From Octopus bimaculoides (Eukaryota), in assembly GCF_001194135.2 (NCBI RefSeq), contig NC_068991.1, forward strand, positions 27,667,586-27,716,249: a stretch of DNA of 48,664 bases, written 5' to 3'. A program made the position numbers and the translations under genes. Below the pieces are notes generated by a model that saw only the letters and a program-made list of their open reading frames with translations, searched no databases and was not told where the DNA came from. Position 1 is the first letter of the stretch, and the number at the start of each line of letters is the position of its first letter. Of the stretch, positions 1 to 11,422 are shown in pieces.

Positions 1-1014
1 GAATATAAAGAAGCCTTTCACCTTCAATCTTGGCAAACATGTCAACCAAGTATTGATTTGTGATTTCTTTGTACCGCAGCAGGTGGTTGAACTGACCATA
101 AGACGGAAGGCATAGAATTCAGCACCCATGATTAGATCAATATAGCGTAGTTCAAAGTTGTAGCCATCATTCTCCAAAGGGAAACATCAGGGGGTAATGC
201 AGGCAGTCGTACGACCTATGGGTTTCCGAAACAAACGACAGTCGGCTATCGCGGTGCTGGAGGACAATATCACGCTTCCCATCTTCTTCACCAACTATGA
301 TTGCTACAACCTCGTTGGTAGTTGGAGCACTGAAACGTCGCGGGTGCTCACCAGAAGGTCGCCTGTCAGCTTTAATTATCAATTTTAGCCCAGGTTGGGC
401 TTCCAAAAGCTCCAACGCATTCTTGAATTCGTTGACATAAGGATGTGTTGCATGAAGCATATGTTGGAGCTCAGTAACAATCGCTGCGTCAACATCTGAA
501 TTTCTCTTGCACCGTTGGATAACGTCTGCGTTTGAACAACCCATGAAGAAAATCTGCAAGTACTTGGGTTCCTTGGTAGGCTGAGGACAAAGATTGCCCA
601 TGGGATGATAACACTGATCTTGAATTTTGAAGGTGTAATGTTTCTCCTTCTTTTTGTTTGCAGGATTAACCGCTAAATTGCCGTCAATATTGACGTTGTT
701 GATGTTATGTTTGTCGTGGACGTTCTTTACGCCAAAGAGGTCATAGCGAAGCAGGAGCTATATCTTCAAATTCTTTTTCGGAATTTCTTGGCGTGGTCGG
801 AGCTAGCGAGGAGATTTTTCAGAACATCAGGTGGATCTGCGAGCGGCTGAAGTCAAACCTTGCCTCCGGAACAACAAAGACCAGCTGCCTCACCAACCCA
901 CTTCTTAACTTGACAAAATTGGCATTCCTTGTCCATTTTACCAAGAGTCACATCCGGGTGATTGGAAAAATCATCTGCAGGCCTGTATCTGAAGCCAGCT
1001 CTCATCCAAAATGA

Positions 1015-1290
1015 GCCCCTTGCAGCAGCAACATTTCTTTGACGTCGATCTGCCAACCTGTTTTCCCTAGCCTCCGATGATTCCTCAAGACTCGATCGCT
1101 GGCGTCGACTACGCTGAGCAGCAAGGCAGGCCTGCCTTGCGTCAGCAGGCTCCTCAAGTAGTGAGCGTTGATCACGACTACGCTGGGTGGTAAGACGGGC
1201 CTGCCTTTCTTCTTCTGATTACTCAAGGAGTGAGCGCTGATTACGAATGCGCTGGGCAGCAAGACAAGCCTCCCTTGCTTCTGGTGTTTC
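1015..1290 (-). repeat. Four 69-bp (23-aa) STPR-like coding repeats
   Basis: ETPEAREACLAAQRIRNQRSLLE / *SEEERQARLTTQRSRDQRSLLE / EPADARQACLAAQRSRRQRSSLE / ESSEARENRLADRRQRNVAAARG; exact 23-residue period, with one GAA>TAA stop at 1219-1221. Confidence 0.8.
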
Positions 1291-1393
1291 CTGAAAGGAT
1301 TATTAGAGCACATATGAAAATGCAATATTTAAATGGGATACACGAGAATGTGTGGAAGCAAAATCGAAATGATATGAATGTTGAAAAATGTAC
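1291..1393 (-). other. Phase-0 GT-AG intron (103 nt) in the Helitron gene
   Basis: Exon 1 (1474-1394) is exactly 27 codons, MPNRKRSMICSKRNALLKQRKRELHSQ, ending CAG|GTACAT. The acceptor ATCCTTTCAG|GAAACACCA opens ETPEARE in the same frame as the downstream Zn-finger ORF 853-1056. Confidence 0.75.
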
Positions 1394-3849
1394 CTGTGAA
1401 TGCAACTCCCTTTTTCGCTGTTTTAGGAGGGCATTCCTTTTGGAACAGATCATTGATCGTTTTCGGTTAGGCATTATCTGCTAAGATGGTTTTTACTGAG
1501 CCAAACGTCATGAGATTTTTTTAAAAAACGCACATACTAAGTTTAACGAAAGTATAGTTTTTTGCAACTTGAACCCATCTCTGAACGTAAAACGTTAAGG
1601 TTATCTGTTATTACAGGTCGAAAGTATAACGATAAATAAGAAAAAATAATCAAATGTTTCAAAAATGGCATGCAGCTTTGAAGGACAATATCGGTAAACT
1701 GATTCGAAATGACAATAGTGAATAACCATGAAGCTAAATGACAAGAGATTGTCTATCGTTTTCAGAGACGCATTAAAAAGTTGACGTAAAGAATTTCTTT
1801 AACAGTTAGAAAATGTTTGACATTTCAATCATCATCAAAAAATGAAGCTGTAAGAATTTACGGGAAAATTGTATCTAAGAAGTAAAGCAGAAATGATTTT
1901 TAACTGTACTGCCAAACTTCTGCAACTTAATAAAAGTCAGGGGTTTTTTTCCATGTACGTCAAACAATCGCTAGCTTGTGTCGTCGATATACGTATGGAT
2001 AAGTAAAGTTAACGCAGTTACCCTCAAAAGACCATTCTTGCCCAAAAAGCGACAAAAAACCATCCGAACTTTTGTATAAACACAGTGTACAGTGTTATAG
2101 TATCCAATGTGTTTTTTTAACTAATTGTTATTTTAGAGTGCTTTAGCAGCTGTTTTCAGTAGGTCAAACAATCAGTTAGTGGCCCTGTCATCGACTCTTT
2201 GTTGTTGTACTTTCATAATGTTTTTGCTTGTTTTTATTGTTTCTTTTTTTTTTCATTTTTCCCTAATGTTGTAATAATTTTTTTTTTTTTTTGCTCTTCT
2301 TGTTCAGATTGTTTACTCAAGTTGCTCTGGTTTAGTATGATTTATATTGTCGTTACCCTCTTCTAAGTGACGACAGTAATACTTCTCTCATTACAGTAAA
2401 TAACAACAAAAACCACTGCTACTACTACTACTATTACCATAACTACCACTGCAACTACTACTATTAAAACGATGAATTTCTATCAGCGTTTCCGATTATG
2501 TGTTTCAGTTGTTCGATCATCTGAATTACTTGCTCATTTAAGTCACGTATAAGTGGTTGAGTATTGCATAGTTTTAACGAAATTCTAGGCAGAATCAGTA
2601 CGATGTAGTTTTTCAACAAGGTACAATTCATCCGACCGCTTCCACAGTTTCCGTCAACCCAATTTCTTTTACAAGGAAGTGGTTGATATGAGGCTATATT
2701 GAAAAACACTGTCCCAATATAACACACATTGGGATCGAACTATAGACCTTGAGGAGAGGACTTGTTAACCATTCATTTAGCATTCTGCGTCTACAACGAT
2801 TTCCATTAATCTGCTATATTTCTTATAAAGGTCGTTTGTCTTATCAGTAAACAAGATTAAAATTCAGACATTTTTCCCTTGAGGTTGATATTCTACGAAA
2901 ATTATTTTCTCTTCTGACTGGAATAAAATAGAAAAAAAAAAGAGATCAAAAGCCACTTGGATCCATGACAAGTAAATATTTTTTTTCCAAAATTCACGGA
3001 ACCATGATTGACATGTTCAATGACGATGACGATGATGACAACTACAACAAGAATAGTAACAAATAAAAAATAAAATCTGATGAATAAATGAAAAATTTCG
3101 TCAAGAATGTGCTGCACATTACTTCATACCTAAAGGAAATGTTTTATACTTAAATAACGAAGCCAATCAAAAACATGATGATCAAATTTCAATGTCATCG
3201 GATTTCGTATTAACACGATACTCCTTCAAGGAATGAAACCAAATAACATTTCCAAATTCTGTGACTAAATATCTGTCATGGAATTTTGCACTAAATCTTA
3301 TCTGTGTATTAATAGACTAAAATTTATAAACAATGCAAAGAATAAATCGCTAAATAAGTGAGAATCGGAATAAATACTTTTTTCTTTGAAATACCTTCTG
3401 AAAGCATGATTACGCTTAAAAACAAAAACAAAATCAAAATAGGTGGAAGATGTAAGGGAAACAAGTTTATGAATGCAACTAAAATCCTTATGGAGTAATT
3501 AACTGAGACTAACACACTGTAGCTCCATGGTGAGACTAGTTTACGATTATGTTCAACAATAAGTTGAATCATTTTGCTTCCTTTCTTTCTGCCTCTAAAG
3601 GACCCCGTCGATCAGAATTGATCATAAATCTGCATCATTTTTTTTTCTTTGAGTAAGACTGGCAATCTCTCCTCTCCACTTCACCGATGTTGTCCAAAGG
3701 AAAGGCTGCCGCTTTAAGGTTAATACTGCTTGGAACCAATGCTAATGCATGTGTTGCTGTTAAAACAACCAAAATCCAGAACAAACACTGCAATTCCGCT
3801 TACCTAACATCCTAACGGTTCCGCCAATCCAAAGCTCTGGATTTCTATG

Positions 3850-3950
3850 ATTTAATCGATCACGAAAAGATAAAAGACTTCGGTGAGATTTGAACTCAGA
3901 GCGTAGCAAGTGGGAATAAATACTGTGAAACATTCTATTCAACATTCTAA
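3850..3950 (-). mobile_element. Decayed tRNA-derived SINE, family A
   Basis: GATTTGAACTCAGAGCGTAGC...AAATACTG matches the reverse complement of the family A head seen at 12010 and 38531. Confidence 0.55.
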
Positions 3951-3964
3951 ATACTCGACCAATT

Positions 3965-4098
3965 CATGACTTTTCTCAATTTCAGTATCCTTCAAACTGT
4001 TAGGTAACAATTTGGGTGTTGTGCCAAATGCACCAACTACCACAGGAACAATTGTTGCTTTTCTGTTCTGCAACATTTTCATGTGTCTAGATGTTTCT
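3965..4098 (-). mobile_element. Dong/R4-type non-LTR retrotransposon, short RLE C-terminal fragment
   Basis: Translates as MLQNRKATIVPVVVGAFGTTPKLLPNSLK, like the vvP.vvGalG segment that follows the RLE motif; it begins immediately after the (AAT)n array. Confidence 0.55.
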
Positions 4099-4100
4099 CA

Positions 4101-4153
<53 letters not shown>

Positions 4154-4160
4154 TATTATT
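4101..4160. repeat. (ATT)n microsatellite; tail or target of the Dong-like element
   Basis: Direct reading. Confidence 0.97.
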
Positions 4161-4675
4161 GTTCAGTAGTTTTATTTTTATAACGTGCTTTCACTTCACT
4201 ACCGAGCGCAGCTCTGTGTGCCTTGGGTATGTGCTGTGGTTTGCTGTGATGCTCTTATGGTTACTGTATTGAAAGTGTTTTGCGTAGGATGTGTGCAGTG
4301 CCCAATAGTGCAATTTTCTGTATGTTATATATATTTGTAAGTCCTGGTGTTTTTGTTATGTATTTGTCTGAATATTTTTTATTATACCTAAGTCACCTAC
4401 TATGATAGGAATTGTTTCTGTTTTTAGATTCCACATTCGAGTTACCTCTATTTCCAGGTCTTTGTATTTTGAAAGTTTTTTCATTTCTTTTAGGGAAACG
4501 TTGTCATCCGCTGGTATTGATACATCAATTAGAAAGCATTTTTTTTCTTCTTGATCTTTGACAACTATATCTGGTCTATTGGCCTTAATTTCTCTATCTA
4601 TATGTATTGGCATATCCCAGAGTATGGTTGCTTTCTCGTTTTCTGTGACTTTTTCTGGCGTGTGTTTATACCATT
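4161..4675 (-). mobile_element. Dong/R4-type retrotransposon 3' end: restriction-like endonuclease, ORF end and ~100-nt 3' UTR
   Basis: KWYKHTPEKVTENEKATILWDMPIHIDREIKANRPDIVV..CFLIDVSIPADDN..KKLSKYKDL..W..TIPIIVGDLGII. After one frameshift in an A-run it reads KYITKTPGLTNIYNIQKIALLGTAHILRKTLSIQ* (stop 4261-4263). The UTR runs directly into (AAT)n. Confidence 0.9.
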
Positions 4676-4725
4676 TATTTTTTTTAATTATTATTATCGT
4701 TATTGTTGTTGTTGTTGTTGTAGTT

Positions 4726-4995
4726 TACTTTTAATCTACATGTTTGTAGCAATCACTCGCTGAGACACACCCAGTGTCCCAAGGTAAGTGAAGGAAGAGA
4801 GATGTTACAGTATAACTGAAAGTTTGGAGGAAAGGTGGCAGGGAAAGTAGCGAAATATCTTCATGTAATACAACATAGACATTTAAACTGATAGAGTTTT
4901 TCTAAGGATGTGGGCAGTACTTGTCAGCACAATCTTTTGGATTTCTCTGGGACATGGCTCTCCTGGGATGTTGTCTTGATGTTTCTGACATCCTT
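4726..4995 (-). mobile_element. Second, divergent Dong/R4-type 3' end (ORF C-terminus plus a different 3' UTR)
   Basis: KGCQKHQDNIPGEPCPREIQKIVLTSTAHILRKTLSV* (stop 4883-4885), then a ~155-nt UTR ending in (AAC)/(AAT) repeats; the 5' flank is also (AAT)n. Confidence 0.75.
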
Positions 4996-5135
4996 TTATT
5001 ATTATTATTATTATTATTATTGCTGTTGTCGCTGTTGTTGTTGTTGTCGTTGTCGTTGTTGTTGCTGTTGTTATTGTTGTTGTTATTCTTGTTGTTGTTG
5101 TTGTTGTTATTATTATTATTATTATTACGCCGTAG
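4996..5135. repeat. Compound (ATT)n/(GTT)n microsatellite
   Basis: Direct reading. Confidence 0.95.
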
Positions 5136-5145
5136 TCGTCTTTGC

Positions 5146-5259
5146 CTTTCAACCTTTCGAGGTCGATAGAATAAGCACCAGTTGAACTCTGAGGTCGATG
5201 TAATCGACTCATCCCCACCCCCACCCCCAAGCTACCCATATGGAAAAATTTTGAAGACA

Positions 5260-5260
<1 letters not shown>
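5146..5260 (+). mobile_element. Family A SINE, 5'-truncated
   Basis: CTTTGCCTTTCAACCTTTCGAGGTCGATAGAATAAGCACCAGTT..GGTCGATGTAATCGACT; flanked by (ATT)n. Confidence 0.75.
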
Positions 5261-5313
<53 letters not shown>

Positions 5314-5344
5314 GTGAAGTGAGCTGTCACAATGTTATTACTCA

Positions 5345-5522
5345 GGACGAAACGTTTATCGGTATTTCTTCTGTCTTTAAGTTCTGAGTTTAAATTCCAC
5401 CGAGATCGATTTTGCCTTTCTTCCTTCGGAGTCGATAAGATAAAGACCTGTCGAGCTCTGGGGTCGATATCATCGACTTACCCCTCCCCCGAAATTGTTG
5501 GCCTAGCGCCAAAAATTAAAAC
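5345..5522 (+). mobile_element. Family A SINE
   Basis: GTTCTGAGTTTAAATTCC B-box-like segment, TTTGCCTTTCTTCCTTCGGAGTCGATAAG body, and a tail ending AAAACC followed by ATT repeats. Confidence 0.8.
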
Positions 5523-6079
5523 CATTATTATTGATATTATTATTATTGTTATTGTTATCATCATCATTATCATCATTGTCTTCTTCGTCCCCTTCTTCTT
5601 CTTCACCAATTTGAAATTTCGCAGGAGGGGTGAAGACGGAAAGTATTTTTGTTTAAAGGTTAATAGGAATTTTGAGAGAAAGTGAAAAAGAGAGGGAATA
5701 AAGTTGTGTCATCGTATTACTGACAATGACATGACAGTGAAGTAAGTTTATAAGATCAAAGACACCTACAGGTGAGGTTAATAGTCCGAAAATTATAATC
5801 AGTTTAAGAACATTGACTTTTAGAATTATCCTTTCATTTTCAGTTTCACATCTCGATTGAATAAATCTGTTAGGAGAAGGAGGAAGTCAGATCGAAACGC
5901 CGACAGATTTATGTCGGAAAGAAGAGAGCAAATTACTTCCTACCATCTTCCGAATCTAAAGAGCACAGAATAGTCACGATTGAAAAGTCTGTGCTCATCG
6001 ACCTACTGCTTCATAAGATCTAATATAGGGCTAAACAGCCCCATATTTTGAAGCCATGAAATGTGTAAATGAACGCATT

Positions 6080-6080
<1 letters not shown>

Positions 6081-6147
<67 letters not shown>

Positions 6148-6165
6148 CAACAACAACAACAGCAA
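6081..6165. repeat. (AAT)n then (AAC)n microsatellite
   Basis: Direct reading. Confidence 0.95.
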
Positions 6166-6432
6166 CTTAACTTTGCCGATCTCCGGCAGCAGCCACATCA
6201 GTAGCAGCTCATGAAGCAACAACAATAACAATGTTGATAACGGCTACACTGTTATAATGGCTACAAAGGCTTGCTGCAAGAATAGAGACAGTGGTAGTGG
6301 TGATCAACGATGGCCATGGTTGCTGTAATGGCATAGTGGTGGTTATTGTAGCGGCAATAATGGTGGTTATGATAATGGTAGAGATAATAATGTTTCTTTA
6401 TTAGCCACACAGGGCTCAATAATAATAATAAT

Positions 6433-8548
6433 ATTAATGTAGCACGAAAATGTTTTATGAAACAAAACGGAAAATTAAAACAGTACAGCAAATCGCTTGT
6501 CCTATGGTTAATCTGGAACTGCGTCCCTCACGGGTGAGCCAGCCTGGGGTCGAAAAGTCATGCACTGGCACCAACTCTTCCCCGAATACGAACATTTGAA
6601 CGGGAATTGTCCCAACTCAAGTCCCCCAAGTTCACCACCACAGCCACCACAGAAAGAAAAATGTAAGAGGACGAAATGGACCCTGGAAAAGTATAAAGAA
6701 ATAATAAATAAAATAAATGCGCCCTTTTAAAGCCTAGACAGGCTCATGGGCCCGGTTTCCCGGTTTCAATGGCGTATGTGTTCCCCAGCTGGACGGGATG
6801 CCAGTCCATCGCAGCGTTACTCATTTTTGCCAGCTGAGTGGACTGGAGCAACGTGAAATGAAGTGTTTTGCTCAAGAACACAACGCGTCGCCCGGTCCAG
6901 GAATCGAAACCACAATCTTACGATCCTGATGCTGACACCCTAACCACTAAGCCACGCGCCTCCACATAAAGAAATAATATACGCTTATTACTATGCATTA
7001 ATTAGGCCATCTCAAGCGAGACACACCGCAAACTCTTGCAAAATATGGAGAACACGAAATCAAAACAGCAAACCCTATTTGGATGCAAACAAGTTAGTAA
7101 ATATTAGGAGGGATATCTTTAGAAATAATAAACCACAGATAGTGACATAAGCGCGTTCAAGTACGCAGCGGAAAATTACCTAAGTATAAGATGAGAAGGA
7201 AATGAAGAATCAGATGAAGAGAGCAGCCCATCACGTGTCTTAATTGAAAGACTATCATCTGACCAAATCACGCACAAGCCTGAAGAAATAAGAAATTCTT
7301 ATGAACCTGATAAAAATAGCCAGGACAGCGGTAAAGATACAGTATTTGAAAGCCGTACATTTGCCGAAGAACACGGTGAGTCCTTGATGAAAATGAAGCA
7401 GAAAATTCTGAATAAGCTTGCAGTTGTAAGATATACAAGTATGAAAGGGAGAGAACCTCTTCATAAAGACTCAAATACAAACCAAAAAACAATTAAAACT
7501 TGCAACTGTGTAGCAAAAGAAATCATACAAGAATTCAAACGTGATCTTTCTGAGTGAAATAAAATTATTTACGCTAAGACACTTGAAACCAGTTGTGTAC
7601 CTTCGAAAAACAAAGAAAACTGAACCTGGGAAAAAATCCAAACTGAACACGTAAAACGGAAAAAGAGATTGAATTAATGAGAGAGGAAATATCAATATTA
7701 AATGAACTAATCTGTGGAAAGGATTTAAGATCCTGAAAAAGAAAGATGAAAAGAAAATATGGATTTTCACCGAGAAAAGAACTGTTGTCAACAAAAGAAA
7801 CACTGAAACAAAAAGAATCCATGCAAAAAGCTCAAACATTACGAAGACTTGAGAAAAGAAACAAGCTTTACAAGTAACATGAGCTGTTCACATCCAACAC
7901 CAAAAAATTCTACAGAGAAATAGAAGCGAAAATAACTTTCACCTCTAATTTTTTGCATAGCCCTAATACTCTTTACAAATGAACTTAACAGAACAGGATA
8001 TGGGGATAAATTTGACAGTATGAAAATATGTCATCTATTTTATGATGGATGACTCAAAACTATATGGCAAAGACAATGACGAGCTTGAAGGCCTATTAAT
8101 ACTGTCAAAGCATTCAGTGATGACATCGGGATGGAATTTGGTTTTGATAAACGTACCAGTGTCACTTCAAGAAAGGGAAATTGAAGATCTCATATTCAGT
8201 TGTGTTAGATATTGAAACAGTTATAAAATAACTTGAGCAGGAACAAACATAAAAATGCCTAGAAATATATGAAGGCTCTGACATTCAGTATGCAATCATG
8301 AAAGAGAACATCAGAGAGTTTGAGCAGTCCTGAAATCTGAGCTAAATGCATATAACGGGGTGTTAGCCATAAATTCTTTAATAGTTGCAGTTGTTATTTA
8401 TAAACTCAAAACTCAATGTGTTGAACTGGAATATCAAAGAAGTGAAGAAAATTTACAGAAAAATACGTAAGCTGCTGACTTGTAATAAGATGCACCATCC
8501 AAAGGCAGATGTGGTTCGTCTTTACCTTTCCAGAGACCAAGGAGGTCG
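6433..8548 (+). mobile_element. Dong/R4-type retrotransposon, 5' region and RT fragments, degenerate, with an internal deletion
   Basis: Pieces in order: KRTKWTLEKYKEII-YAYYYA (split by a SINE), PYLDANKLVNIRRDI, NKIIYA, ETLKQ..AKAQTLRRLEKRNKLYK..LFTSNTKKFYREI. After a jump near 7940 it reads SPLIFCIAL..NELNRTGYG, ICHLFYMDDLKLYGK..FSDDIGMEFGFDK and KIRKLLTCNKMHHPKADVVRLYLSRDQGGR. The 5' flank is (AAT)n. Confidence 0.85.
6707..6965 (-). mobile_element. Full-length tRNA-derived SINE, family C (CORE-like), with a 14-bp target-site duplication
   Basis: Head GTGGAGGCGCGTGGCTTAGTGG (A box) and GGTTTCGATTCC (B box), core TGTGTTCTTGAGCAAAACACTT, T/A-rich tail. ATAAAGAAATAATA occurs at both 6693-6706 and 6966-6979. 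Confidence 0.92.
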
Positions 8549-10494
8549 AGACTCGACCAAGTTTGGACTCTTACAAAACGATAGAGGAGACTAGAGTAGA
8601 GAGAGGCTTAGTTAGGAAATTAGAAGAGGCACTCAGTAGAGGCATGGCGATTGACGTTCTGGCAACTAGATTGGTTCTGAACCAATTCTTCAACACTAAG
8701 CATGAAGGTTGCATTGTCAGAGCTAGGGCGCGTGCTCTAAAGCAAGAGGGAACGAAAGTCGTTCGATGGACCCAGTTTGCCTAGGCGCAACATGCTAATA
8801 AAACTACAATTCGGTCTTAAAGGGGTCAGGACGGGCGCATGCTATATGAGTTGAAGCAAATTTGTACGGAATTTCAGCGACACTTTGGTGAAATGTACGG
8901 GGCGCACGGTGATCCGGGGGCGGTGGTGAACTTCACTTCCTACCTTAATGGTATGCAGCGGCTTTCAGCCAGGGACGTGGAGTTCTGCGAAATGCCGGTA
9001 ACAGCTGAAGCTATACGTGACGCGTTGGCTAGTTGCAGGAGGGAGAGGTCTCCGAGATTGGATGGTCTCTTTTCGGGCTTTATATACAGATGCCAGACTT
9101 GTTTTGTGAGTTTTTGGGCGATGTCTAACGCAACTGGCAGTAGAATGAGAGAATACCTGGATCTGTGAGCCGAGGTGTGGTGACGCTACTGTGAAAGAAT
9201 CCGAACAAGGGGGACATTGTCGATAACTTTAGGCCGGTAACTCTGCTAAATACAGATTACAAAATTTTGGCCAAGGTGTTAGCAAAGAGGTTGGAACTTG
9301 TTGATAGAGTGGTGGGTGATGCGCAGACTTGCTCTATCCTCTATCCCCAACAGAACTATACACGACGGCCACCACCTCACGCAATACATCATAGAGAGGG
9401 TTGGTAAAGAACCAGGCATGGGTGAAGCCCTGATCCGTTTGGATTAATTGAAAACTTTTGATAGGGTCGACCATTTGTGCTTGGAGGCTGTCCTCAAAGC
9501 AGCTGGTTTCGGACCCGTTTTCAGCGGCTGGATCGCTGCAATATACAGCGACATCTGTTCGGTAGTCAAAGTAAATGGCCACCTCTCGGAATCGTTTAGT
9601 ATCGCACGCTCGGTCCGTCAATGATCCCCACTTTCACCCCTTCTCTATGTACTGGCACTCGAGCCATTACTGCGGAAGCTGGAGGTTTCGAGGGGCATCC
9701 CGCGTGAACTGGGATGCGGAAGGCTTGTGTCAGTGGATACGGACGATGTCACCGTGATAGTATCGGACATCTCGGAAATCGAGAAGGTCGGCACTATCCT
9801 AAGGGAATACGAAGCGGTGACAGGAGCAATGATCAACCAGGAGAAGTCAGTGGACCTGCAGCTCGGCACCTGGAGAGGCAGGCCCATGCCAACCGACAGT
9901 GTGGTGGGGCGCTGGACGGAAGGATCTGTTAAGTTGCTCAGGGTCTGGTTCGGTCCAGATCTCCAAGTGGACAGGAGCTGGGGTGAGGTGACAGACAGGG
10001 TGGTCATTCTCACTCAGAAATCGGTCGAGAGGAAGCTGTCCCTGAAAGATCGGGCAGAGGTGGCGAATGCGTACATCACTTCTGACATATACTACCACCT
10101 GATTGTCATCTCCTGCCCTGCTTCGTGACAGGTGGGGCTGGTGCACGGACCGGTACCGCTTGTCAGATGGTCCATTTGCTGTTAGCACCCGTTGCGTGCA
10201 AGACTGGGCATGCCGTGATTGAGGATGCGCAGACATGCGCTGAGGCTGCGACATCTCCAGCGATACCTTAACGGTGAGCAGGTGTGGTCGCCGTTTGTTG
10301 AACGTGCATTTCTGCAGCTCGTCTCATTGACGGGGCTACAGTCCTGGATCAGGCGTAGACCGAGGCAGGGCGCTTGGCACCTAGAGTATCTCACGGCGCT
10401 CACAGCCCTCAGCCAGTCGGGCAATGCAGTCGGTGGAAGTTCCGCCTGGGAGTTCTATAGGGGATTATTAGTGGAGGTCATGAGCGACGACGTA

Positions 10495-11422
10495 NNNNNN
10501 NNNNNNNNNNNNNNNNNNNNNNNNNNNNNNNNNNNNNNNNNNNNNNNNNNNNNNNNNNNNNNNNNNNNNNNNNNNNNNNNNNNNNNNNNNNNNNNNNNNN
10601 NNNNNNNNNNNNNNNNNNNNNNNNNNNNNNNNNNNNNNNNNNNNNNNNNNNNNNNNNNNNNNNNNNNNNNNNNNNNNNNNNNNNNNNNNNNNNNNNNNNN
10701 NNNNNNNNNNNNNNNNNNNNNNNNNNNNNNNNNNNNNNNNNNNNNNNNNNNNNNNNNNNNNNNNNNNNNNNNNNNNNNNNNNNNNNNNNNNNNNNNNNNN
10801 NNNNNNNNNNNNNNNNNNNNNNNNNNNNNNNNNNNNNNNNNNNNNNNNNNNNNNNNNNNNNNNNNNNNNNNNNNNNNNNNNNNNNNNNNNNNNNNNNNNN
10901 NNNNNNNNNNNNNNNNNNNNNNNNNNNNNNNNNNNNNNNNNNNNNNNNNNNNNNNNNNNNNNNNNNNNNNNNNNNNNNNNNNNNNNNNNNNNNNNNNNNN
11001 NNNNNNNNNNNNNNNNNNNNNNNNNNNNNNNNNNNNNNNNNNNNNNNNNNNNNNNNNNNNNNNNNNNNNNNNNNNNNNNNNNNNNNNNNNNNNNNNNNNN
11101 NNNNNNNNNNNNNNNNNNNNNNNNNNNNNNNNNNNNNNNNNNNNNNNNNNNNNNNNNNNNNNNNNNNNNNNNNNNNNNNNNNNNNNNNNNNNNNNNNNNN
11201 NNNNNNNNNNNNNNNNNNNNNNNNNNNNNNNNNNNNNNNNNNNNNNNNNNNNNNNNNNNNNNNNNNNNNNNNNNNNNNNNNNNNNNNNNNNNNNNNNNNN
11301 NNNNNNNNNNNNNNNNNNNNNNNNNNNNNNNNNNNNNNNNNNNNNNNNNNNNNNNNNNNNNNNNNNNNNNNNNNNNNNNNNNNNNNNNNNNNNNNNNNNN
11401 NNNNNNNNNNNNNNNNNNNNNN
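10495..11422. other. Largest assembly gap. Others: 15413-15644, 22180-22369, 25329-25419, 26865-26925, 32556-32802, 36162-36542, 40459-41278, 44399-44682, 45883-46040
   Basis: Runs of N. Confidence 0.99.

Larger units (their letters stand above)
1..1474 (-). mobile_element. Helitron Rep/helicase gene, 5' part, pseudogenised; continues beyond the left window edge
   Basis: Manual translation across stops and frameshifts gives a continuous Helitron N-terminal series: GKMDKECQFCQVKKWVGEAAGLCCSGGKV (Zn-finger-like), RYSSCFAMTSFG (1-nt deletion near 735), YTFKIQDQCYHPMGNL..P..EPKYLQIFF, APTTNEVVAII..RDIVLQHR..SYDCLHYPLMFPFGE, then EFYAFRLMV and FNHLLRYKEITNQYLVDMFAKIEGERLLYI at 1-130. Confidence 0.92.

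Noticed and set aside
3070-3105. CTGATGA-ataaat-GAAA..GTC
   Set aside because: Stem II is too short and there is no stem III pairing.
6900-6965. tRNA-like A/B boxes here and at 12010, 13660, 25150, 36000 and 37470
   Set aside because: They continue into SINE bodies and I could not fold a full cloverleaf, so they are SINE heads, not tRNA genes.
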